Shown here one piece after another: positions 24,454 to 32,013 of a stretch of 64,000 nt of DNA. The notes below the pieces were generated by a model. It worked only from the letters and a program-made list of their open reading frames with translations. It was not told the origin of the DNA and made no database searches. The position numbers and the translations under genes are program-made. Position 1 is the stretch's first letter; the number at the start of each line of letters is the position of its first letter. Source of the stretch: Clostridiales bacterium (GTDB lineage Bacteria > Bacillota > Clostridia > Saccharofermentanales > DTU023); assembly GCA_004556925.1 (NCBI GenBank), contig SFFI01000009.1, positions 11,332 to 75,331 on the forward strand, in the 5' to 3' direction.

Positions 24454-24483
24454 GTTTCCCGCTTTGGCTTAAGGGAGGATGCT

Positions 24484-25701
24484 ATGCCTAATCCCCAGCG
24501 CACCCCTCAATCACGTAATATACTGGCTTTCCTTATAGTGCCATTAGGCTTTCTAGCCTTTTTAGGCCTGGTTATTTTCCTGCTCTATTTTAACGATGAG
24601 TTGGACAGGCGGCTTTTGGCGGACGCGACAGACCAGAGCAGGCAGCAAGTAAGGCAAAGTTCTTTAGGGGAGACTGAATCTCAAAAGCCAAGTGAGGAGG
24701 AAAGCAAGCTTGCTCCGTCTGCCACGAAACTGCATAGGGAGCAAACGACTTCTGCTGAAGACCTGGTAGGTGCTGAAGACCTGGTAGGTCCGGAGAATCC
24801 ACTAGCCAAAGACAAGATCTACTGGCGGGAGCTGGAGGACCTCTATAAAGAGATTCAAGATCGGCGCCGGCATGCAGAGGAATACCAAATGCCTATTAGC
24901 CGGCTCTTGATTTTCCTGGATGAGCAGTATGTGGTGGCCTATGGTCCTGATGACCAAGGCAAGGAAGTGGTCTTGCGAACCTTCCCTTGCTCCAGCGGTA
25001 TCGTACCAGGCCACACGCCTTTAGGGCAACATACTTTAGGTGCTAAGTGGCCTGATCCCTGGTTATTTGATAATTCCAGAGCCCAGTATGGTTGCCAGAT
25101 CAGTGGCAATATTTTATTTCACTCTCTGCCTTCCTATGATGGCAGTCTGAAGAGTGGGCTTAAATTGTCTGACCTGAATTCTATGGGCTTTGCGGCCTCC
25201 CATGGTTGTGTGCGACTTTTCTGTATGGATTCCAAGTGGCTGTATGAAAATGCTCCTGTGGGTTGCCCAGTAAGTGTTTTACAAAATAGAGGAGAGGACT
25301 ATAAAGACCTCCCTGATCATGTTTTTTATCTCCGGCTTAAAGACGGTGCACCGCAATGGGATCCCACAGACCCTGATCCAGAAAATCCCTATCACGACGA
25401 AAAAGTGTTACGGAAGTGGGTGGTAGAGAAGCCTTGGTTGCAGGACTACGAGGTAGTGGCCCCGGTTTGGCCAGATTTAAGTGCGGTGCCAGCCCTTCCG
25501 GTTCCCGGAGCGTCTGAAGAGCCGTCTAGCCCGGAAACAGAGCCAGCCTATACTGGCCCCACTAGCCCGCCTCCCTTGGATCCACATAAGGCCCCTGAAG
25601 AAAATGCGGTGGTTACCAGTCCGCCCCCGCTCCCGTCCACACTAGCCCCGGAGCCGGAGGCCGGTATGCAAGAGACCAGCCCTCCGCCGCTTGCCCCTTA
25701 G
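24484..25701 (+). CDS. L,D-transpeptidase (YkuD domain), membrane-anchored, with a Pro-rich C-terminal tail
   Basis: N-terminal TM segment. HSLPSY...ASHGCVRL catalytic motif. C-terminal TSPPPL x3. SD gggagg upstream. Confidence 0.85.
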   Translation: MPNPQRTPQSRNILAFLIVPLGFLAFLGLVIFLLYFNDELDRRLLADATDQSRQQVRQSSLGETESQKPSEEESKLAPSATKLHREQTTSAEDLVGAEDLVGPENPLAKDKIYWRELEDLYKEIQDRRRHAEEYQMPISRLLIFLDEQYVVAYGPDDQGKEVVLRTFPCSSGIVPGHTPLGQHTLGAKWPDPWLFDNSRAQYGCQISGNILFHSLPSYDGSLKSGLKLSDLNSMGFAASHGCVRLFCMDSKWLYENAPVGCPVSVLQNRGEDYKDLPDHVFYLRLKDGAPQWDPTDPDPENPYHDEKVLRKWVVEKPWLQDYEVVAPVWPDLSAVPALPVPGASEEPSSPETEPAYTGPTSPPPLDPHKAPEENAVVTSPPPLPSTLAPEPEAGMQETSPPPLAP

Positions 25702-25829
25702 GAGTTTGACCAGATCGGCTAGGCTTTGGCCCTCTGGTCGTCTATAATATATTCTGTTATGAAGAACTCTAACGATAGGGCCAATAGCTTAGTGAGCCTA
25801 TTACGCGCTTGCGTGCAAGATACAATACA

Positions 25830-26753
25830 ATGAAACTACGTAAACTAGAAAAAATTTTACTTACGATTGCGATCACCCTCGTCTTGGTGACAGGGGTAGC
25901 CTATGCTGCTGATGCTATCCTAGCGAAGCCAGATAAACTGGAAAGTCGGGAGAGCTTCAGCTTCGCTAACCCTTCTCATTCAGAGGAGGCCACATCAGCC
26001 GTGGCCGCTAAACCCCTGGAAGAGAAAGAGGAGGACAGTCATGCCTCTATTATGGACCCAGACCAGGAGGAGCAGACCAGCCTAGCTGATGCTAAAGAGG
26101 CCAAGCGTGACCCCCGGATGGGTCTTGATCCTATCCCTGAACAGGAAGGTGACTTGGACCGGATTAAACGGTTGATTGCCCCTGAAAGCCCTGGCGACCC
26201 CGAAAAGGACTATATGATCCGTGTTTTCAAAGACAAACAGCTGGTCACAGTTTTTGAAGACCCCAAGGGGGATGGCTCTTTTGACTACCTCATCAAGGCT
26301 TTTAATTGCTCCACGGCAAGTGACGGATATGACACGCCGAGCGGCCAACACCAGTTGGGCCTAAAACTTTATTCCGGCTACATGATTGATGCGTCTTATG
26401 GCCAATATTGTTCGGAGTTCCTGCAATACCATTACTTCCACGCCGTTCCTTCTTATGGCGGGGTTGAAGAATCTGGGGTTAGCTGGGAGGACTACAATCA
26501 ATTGGGCCAAGTCGCTTCACATGGTTGCATCCGCTTGGAAACCAAGGCGGCCAAATGGATTTATGATTACTGCAAGGAAGCGACGCCTGTGGAGATTTTA
26601 GAGTCCTCACAAGACTTTCCCTATCTGCCGGACAAGGTGGACCAGCTCCGCATGTCGCCGGATGGTCCTGCCTGGGATCCTACCAATCCCAACCCCCTCA
26701 ATCCCTACCAACAAGATCCTAGTATCCTCCTGGAATACAACCGGCAGGGATAG
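25830..26753 (+). CDS. L,D-transpeptidase (YkuD domain), paralogue of the upstream gene
   Basis: N-terminal TM segment. HAVPSY...ASHGCIRL. Shares the WDPTxPxPxNPY motif with 24484..25701. Confidence 0.85.
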   Translation: MKLRKLEKILLTIAITLVLVTGVAYAADAILAKPDKLESRESFSFANPSHSEEATSAVAAKPLEEKEEDSHASIMDPDQEEQTSLADAKEAKRDPRMGLDPIPEQEGDLDRIKRLIAPESPGDPEKDYMIRVFKDKQLVTVFEDPKGDGSFDYLIKAFNCSTASDGYDTPSGQHQLGLKLYSGYMIDASYGQYCSEFLQYHYFHAVPSYGGVEESGVSWEDYNQLGQVASHGCIRLETKAAKWIYDYCKEATPVEILESSQDFPYLPDKVDQLRMSPDGPAWDPTNPNPLNPYQQDPSILLEYNRQG

Positions 26754-26845
26754 CTCGGACACACCTATTGATTTAGGTGTATGTATAAATTATTATCTCG
26801 ATTGTTATAAAAAGCATACGCTCTATAAAGTTTAGGAGGTTAAGT

Positions 26846-28096
26846 ATGAAAGGAAACCTAATCTACGGACAATCTGGCGGCCCCACTTCAGTCATTAATG
26901 CAAGTGCAGCGGGTGTCTTTTTAGAAGCCCTGGCCCACCAGGAAGATATTGAAAAAGTTTATGCGGCCCATCATGGCATAGTCGGCATTTTGAAAGAAGA
27001 CTTCTTCGATATGGGCCAGGAGGATCCCAAAGAGCTGGAACTCCTCAAACAGACACCCTCGTCCGAGCTGGGTTCTTGCCGTTATAAACTGGCTGATTTA
27101 GAAGAGGACGAAAGCGATTATGCACGCATCCTAGAAGTGTTTAAAAAATATAATATTAGATATTTCCTCTATAATGGCGGTAATGACTCCATGGATACCT
27201 GTTCGAAGATTTCTAAATATCTGCGGGCCCAAAACTATGATTGCCGCGTTATGGGGGTTCCTAAAACTATAGACAATGACTTGGCGGTCACGGACCACTG
27301 TCCCGGCTATGGTTCGGCGGCACGTTACATTGCTACTACCTTAATGGAAATTTACAAGGATGCCACCGTCTACAATGCGGGACAAATTACCTTGGTGGAA
27401 ATCATGGGCCGGCATGCGGGCTGGTTAACAGCTGCTTCAGCTGTCGCCGCAGCGAAGGGCTGCGGACCGGACCTGATCTACTTACCAGAACGGGTCTTCG
27501 ACTTGGACAAGGTAGTGGCGGATATCCAAGAGGTTTATGAACGCAAGGGCAAGGTGATCGTCTGCTTCTCCGAGGGTGTGCAGACGGCAGATGGCAAATT
27601 TATTCCCGAATTGGACCCACAAGCTGACCTCTCCGTGGATGCCTTTGGCCACAAGCAGTTGGGTGGTGCAGCTGAGGCCTTAGCTAAAATTGTGGGTGCC
27701 CGTATTCCTAGCAAAATAAGGGCCATCGAGCTTTCGCTCATGCAGCGCTGTGCGGCACACTTGGCCTCTGAACGCGATGTAGAAGATAGTTTTATGGCGG
27801 GCCAGGCTGCTGTGCGCGCTGCGCTTGCCGGTAAAACAGACCTGATGATTGGCTTTGCCCGCCCCTTAACGGGAGACTACAAAACAGAAATCCAAGAAAT
27901 CCCCCTGGAGCTTGTAGCGAATGCTGAGAAAAAAGTCCCGGATGAATGGATCCAGAAGGATGGTAATGGCCTGGAAGAGGCCTACCTAGACTACGTCATG
28001 CCCTTGCTATCGGGTCAGCCGGAACGCGTTTTGGATGCGGATGGCTTGCCGCGTTTTGCTCAACTCAAGTTTGTGCAAGCAGGCAAGGCGCAATAA
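26846..28096 (+). CDS. 6-phosphofructokinase, probably pyrophosphate-dependent
   Basis: GGPTSVINA, GGNDSMDT, PKTIDNDL and MGRHAGWL motifs. 416 aa. GGNDS rather than the GGDGS of ATP-dependent PFK. Confidence 0.8.
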   Translation: MKGNLIYGQSGGPTSVINASAAGVFLEALAHQEDIEKVYAAHHGIVGILKEDFFDMGQEDPKELELLKQTPSSELGSCRYKLADLEEDESDYARILEVFKKYNIRYFLYNGGNDSMDTCSKISKYLRAQNYDCRVMGVPKTIDNDLAVTDHCPGYGSAARYIATTLMEIYKDATVYNAGQITLVEIMGRHAGWLTAASAVAAAKGCGPDLIYLPERVFDLDKVVADIQEVYERKGKVIVCFSEGVQTADGKFIPELDPQADLSVDAFGHKQLGGAAEALAKIVGARIPSKIRAIELSLMQRCAAHLASERDVEDSFMAGQAAVRAALAGKTDLMIGFARPLTGDYKTEIQEIPLELVANAEKKVPDEWIQKDGNGLEEAYLDYVMPLLSGQPERVLDADGLPRFAQLKFVQAGKAQ

Positions 28097-28107
28097 GCGC
28101 GAAATAA

Positions 28108-29595
28108 ATGTTACGTGCAATACTGACCAGCCATATCAGCCAGGATGACCTTGCGACCCTAAGCCTACAGCTCAATGGGGCCTTAATTGGTCAGGCTGAT
28201 GCGGCAAAATCGGGCAATCGGGTCATAAGCGGCAACCGGGAAATCCACCTGGTTGCTGGTTTTTATGCCAATACAGGGGATAGGGCAGAGCGGAGATATA
28301 TCCAGGAGCAGAGTCGCCTGTTCAAGTTACTTTTTGCCGATTTGCAAACCCAGGGCCTGGCCGCTTTACCTGCCTTGGCCCATAAACATTTCCCAGAGGC
28401 TGCTTTCCTCTTGATTGCCTCTGCGGAAATGGTTTTAGTCTGGCAGGATGCTCAAAAGGGTGTCTATTTACTCAGACACAAGGAACTTTATCGCCTGCAG
28501 CCCACCCATCGCCCTAGGGGCCTTTGGCCTGAGGATTGGATGACCTATGGCGATTTTTATGCCTTTGTTCCTCAAGAAGAGGATCTTTTACTATTTTTAG
28601 CGCCGGAATTTGTAGACCGCTTTAAGCCGGAGCAGTTGGAAGATGTTTTTTCCTCCAAGCTCCAGCTCTTTTCTATGATGTCGGAACTCAACCGGCTAGG
28701 CCGGACCTATGGCTTTAACTTTGAGCAATCTTGGTTGGCCATGCAGTTCCAACGCTTGGAAGTCAACCAAATTTATAAGGACCATGCCAACGAGTTCCTC
28801 AGTGAAGAGGTGCGACGCATTGCCCGTACGGAGGATTTCACCAAGGCTATTCCGCGTTCCAAGGTATCTCGGGTTTTGCACGGTCAAGATCTTATTCCGG
28901 TTCGTGACCCTAAACCCCTGCTGAGGCCCGCTCCTTTAGGGCCCCGCCCGCCCAAGCCGGACCAAGCGGACCGCCCACGCCTGGGTGACTGGCAACGCAA
29001 TCGACAGGATGTCAGCCGTATTAATCTGATTAATGAAGAGGATCGGCAGAAGCGCCAGGCGATGCTGGATACCTATGCCCAGCGGCGGGACCCCATGGAT
29101 AATTATTTCGATAAGGTCCGGGAGTTTTCTTTTACCCCTCTCAAGGCCAAAATTCGGCAGCTACTTGGCAGATTTTTTAACCTCTGGCCTGGTCAGCCTT
29201 TTTTATCTAAGTTCTTTGCTAGCTCCTGCGTCCTTCTGCTCGTGCTCATCCTAGCACTGGGGGTGCAGGGCTTGACCCGTAAGCGGGGACAAGCAGAACC
29301 TATCCAAGAGCCAGAACCTGTGATGGTTACGGAGCTGCCCGACCGCAATGCTGTGGTTCAGGCCCCGTTAGAAACGAACCTTGAGGTCCAGCAACTTGTG
29401 ACCGTTAATAACCTACAAATTCGCCAGGCCAAAGATCCCAGTTCTGCTCTGATTGCCTCGATTAAGCGTGGGGAAGTAGTAGTCCAATTGGCGCCTGAAG
29501 AAGATGGCTGGGTCTATGTCAGGGCAGATCAGGGGGTTGAAGGCTATGTCTATGCTTCCTACCTTTTTTCTCGAGAAACAGAAACGCGTGACTAA
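28108..29595 (+). CDS. Single-pass membrane protein with a large cytoplasmic domain of unknown function and an extracellular SH3b-like domain
   Basis: TM segment FFASSCVLLLVLILALGVQGL near aa 365-390. C-terminal LQIRQAKDPSSALIASIKRGEVVVQL...DGWVYVRADQGVEGYVYASYL is SH3_3-like. Confidence 0.6.
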   Translation: MLRAILTSHISQDDLATLSLQLNGALIGQADAAKSGNRVISGNREIHLVAGFYANTGDRAERRYIQEQSRLFKLLFADLQTQGLAALPALAHKHFPEAAFLLIASAEMVLVWQDAQKGVYLLRHKELYRLQPTHRPRGLWPEDWMTYGDFYAFVPQEEDLLLFLAPEFVDRFKPEQLEDVFSSKLQLFSMMSELNRLGRTYGFNFEQSWLAMQFQRLEVNQIYKDHANEFLSEEVRRIARTEDFTKAIPRSKVSRVLHGQDLIPVRDPKPLLRPAPLGPRPPKPDQADRPRLGDWQRNRQDVSRINLINEEDRQKRQAMLDTYAQRRDPMDNYFDKVREFSFTPLKAKIRQLLGRFFNLWPGQPFLSKFFASSCVLLLVLILALGVQGLTRKRGQAEPIQEPEPVMVTELPDRNAVVQAPLETNLEVQQLVTVNNLQIRQAKDPSSALIASIKRGEVVVQLAPEEDGWVYVRADQGVEGYVYASYLFSRETETRD

Positions 29596-29663
29596 TAAGC
29601 GCTGGACAAGTCCTGGCCAATTGCGCTATGATGGCTTAGCTTTGAAAATTGAGCTTAAGAAAT

Positions 29664-29737
29664 GCGGGTGTAGTTCAATGGTAGAACATCAGCCTTCCAA
29701 GCTGAATACGAGGGTTCGATTCCCTTCACCCGCTCCA
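29664..29737 (+). tRNA. tRNA-Gly (anticodon UCC)
   Basis: Hand-folded cloverleaf: acceptor gcgggtg/cacccgc, D stem gttc/gaac, anticodon loop ctTCCaa, T-arm gaggg-ttcgatt-ccctt, CCA encoded. Confidence 0.95.
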
Positions 29738-29739
29738 AT

Positions 29740-29816
29740 GGGCGCATAGCTCAGCTGGATAGAGCAACGGCCTTCTAAGCCGTAGGTCGCAGGTTCGAAT
29801 CCTGCTGCGCTCGCCA
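29740..29816 (+). tRNA. tRNA-Arg (anticodon UCU)
   Basis: Acceptor gggcgca/tgcgctc, D stem gctc/gagc, anticodon loop ctTCTaa, T-arm gcagg-ttcgaat-cctgc, CCA encoded. Confidence 0.95.
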
Positions 29817-29820
29817 GATA

Positions 29821-29847
29821 CCCTGGAAAATATTTTCCAGGGTTTTT
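29821..29847 (+). terminator. Rho-independent terminator after the tRNA pair
   Basis: ccctggaaa (29821-29) pairs with tttccaggg (29834-42), followed by ttttt. Confidence 0.8.
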
Positions 29848-29881
29848 CTTATAGCCAGGGGAATCAGTAAAGAACACGCAT

Positions 29882-29890
29882 ATGTTATAA
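29882..29890 (+). promoter_or_regulatory. Extended -10 promoter element (TGTTATAAT) upstream of the topoisomerase operon
   Basis: Sequence tgttataat about 110 nt upstream of the ATG at 30000. Confidence 0.4.
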
Positions 29891-29999
29891 TGCTTCAGGT
29901 TATGACGATCCCAGTGGTTCTGGCTTTAAGGCCAGCTTCCCGCTCATTTCAGCCTGCCCCTTCTAGGGCAGGATCCCGCCAAACACAGAAAGGTAGTAT

Positions 30000-31988
30000 A
30001 TGCCCAAAGCAGGAACGTACAATAATGAGAGTATCAGTGCGCTAAAAGGCGCAGACCGAGTACGCAAGCGGCCGAGTGTCATTTTTGGCTCAGACGACCT
30101 GGCAGGTTGTGAGCATTCCTTTTTTGAGATCCTCTCCAACTCTATCGATGAGGCACGCGAAGGCTACGGTAAGCTGATAACGGTTACCCGCTTTAAGGAC
30201 TTTTCCTTAGAAGTTGCGGACGAAGGTAGGGGCATCCCCCTCGATTACAACAAGAATGAAGACCGCTATAACTGGGAATTGGTTTATTGCGAGCTCTATG
30301 CAGGCGGTAAATATGACAATGTGAGTGGGGGCACCTATAAGTTTAGTCTGGGCCTCAATGGACTGGGTGCGTGCGCGACCCAGTATGCCTCAGAGTATTT
30401 TGACGTGTCCGTTTATCGGGATGGATTCCACTACGAACTGCATTTTGAAAAGGGCGAAAATATAGGCGGTCTGAAAAAAACACCCTATTCAGGTCAAAAA
30501 CGCGGTACAAGCCAGCGCTGGAAGCCGGACAAAGAGGTCTTCACCGAAGTTGAAATTCCCTTGGACTATCTGCAGCAGGTACTCCGCCAGCAGGCCATCA
30601 TTAATGCGGGTATTAGCTTCCGCCTTATAGATGAAATTTCTGGCAAGTCCTATGACTATTACTATGCTGATGGCATTAAGGGCCATGCCGAAGAATTATT
30701 GGGCCAGGACGCACTTTCGGAACTCGCCTATTTTTCAGGCGAAGGCCGGGGAAAGGACCGGCAGGACAAAGAAGAATACCTAGTTAAGGCGGAGGTGGTT
30801 TTTGCCTTCAGCAACCAGGATCCAGTGATCGAGTATTACCACAACTCCTCCTGGCTGGAATATGGCGGATCGCCTGAACGCGCAGCACGGTCAGCCTTTG
30901 TGGCTGAATTTGATGCCGCCGCTAAGGCCCAGAATAAATACCTAAATGAAGAGAGCAAGATTTCTTTCAAGGATATTTCAGACAGCCTGGTCCTGATCAT
31001 TTCTTCCTTTTCCACCTTCTCTTCTTATGAGAACCAAACTAAAAAAGCCATAAATAACCGCTATATCCAAGCCTTCCTTACAGAACTTTTGCGCAATCAC
31101 CTCCGGGTATGGTTTATTGAGCACCAGGCAGAGGCCAACCGTGTCTTGGACCAGATCTTGGTCAATAAGCGGTCGAGAGAAAATGCCGAAAAACAAAGGC
31201 TGAATCTCAAGAAACGGTTGACAGGCCAAATCGATAATATTTACCACCGGGTCGACAATTTTGTAGATTGCCGGACCAAGGATGTGAATCGCCGGGAGCT
31301 CTATATTGTGGAAGGAAATTCTGCCCTCGGCTCAGTAAAGATGGCCCGAGACGCGGAGTTCCAGGCAGTAATCCCTCTAAGAGGCAAGATTCTCAACTGC
31401 CTTAAGGCCTCCTATAACCAAATTTTTAAGAATGACATCATTATGGATTTGATCAAGCTCCTGGGCTGTGGCATCCATATTGAAGGCAAGAAAAAGCGAG
31501 AAATCGCAGAATTTGACCTGGAAAAGCTACTCTGGGAGAAGATCATTATCTGTACGGATGCGGATGTAGATGGATTTCAGATCCGCACCCTAATTTTAGC
31601 CATGTTTTATCGGCTGACGCCAGAATTAATTAATGAGGGTAAAATCTACATTGTGGAATCTCCACTTTTTGAGATTACCCACCAAGTTAAGGGGGTAGAC
31701 CGGTCCTACTTCGCCTACTCTGACCAGGAGAAAAATCAGATTGTCGAAGGCTTGCCCAAAGGAAAAGTCCATATTCAGAGGTCTAAGGGCTTGGGCGAAA
31801 ACGAGCCCGAGATGATGTGGCTTACAACCATGAATCCCGATACCCGACGGCTTTATCAAGTGTACCCGGAAGACCCGGCTAGCGCTGCTTCTTGCTTTGA
31901 TACCCTTTTGGGCAATGACTTGGACAGCCGTAAGCAATATATAGCAGACCATGGCCATGAGTATATGGCCATGCTGGACGTGACCTAG
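30000..31988 (+). CDS. Type IIA DNA topoisomerase subunit B (GyrB/ParE family, divergent; likely topo IV-like)
   Basis: GHKL ATPase N-terminus (EILSNSIDEA, GLNGLGA). TOPRIM region (YIVEGNSALGS, PLRGKILN, IICTDADVDGFQI). Confidence 0.85.
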   Translation: MPKAGTYNNESISALKGADRVRKRPSVIFGSDDLAGCEHSFFEILSNSIDEAREGYGKLITVTRFKDFSLEVADEGRGIPLDYNKNEDRYNWELVYCELYAGGKYDNVSGGTYKFSLGLNGLGACATQYASEYFDVSVYRDGFHYELHFEKGENIGGLKKTPYSGQKRGTSQRWKPDKEVFTEVEIPLDYLQQVLRQQAIINAGISFRLIDEISGKSYDYYYADGIKGHAEELLGQDALSELAYFSGEGRGKDRQDKEEYLVKAEVVFAFSNQDPVIEYYHNSSWLEYGGSPERAARSAFVAEFDAAAKAQNKYLNEESKISFKDISDSLVLIISSFSTFSSYENQTKKAINNRYIQAFLTELLRNHLRVWFIEHQAEANRVLDQILVNKRSRENAEKQRLNLKKRLTGQIDNIYHRVDNFVDCRTKDVNRRELYIVEGNSALGSVKMARDAEFQAVIPLRGKILNCLKASYNQIFKNDIIMDLIKLLGCGIHIEGKKKREIAEFDLEKLLWEKIIICTDADVDGFQIRTLILAMFYRLTPELINEGKIYIVESPLFEITHQVKGVDRSYFAYSDQEKNQIVEGLPKGKVHIQRSKGLGENEPEMMWLTTMNPDTRRLYQVYPEDPASAASCFDTLLGNDLDSRKQYIADHGHEYMAMLDVT

Positions 31989-32013
31989 ACGGATGAGATG
32001 GAGGTAATCCAAG

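Noticed and set aside
29504-29877. ORFs 29504..29749 (+) and 29689..29877 (-)
   Set aside because: They overlap the two well-folded tRNA genes and their terminator, so I treat them as artefacts.
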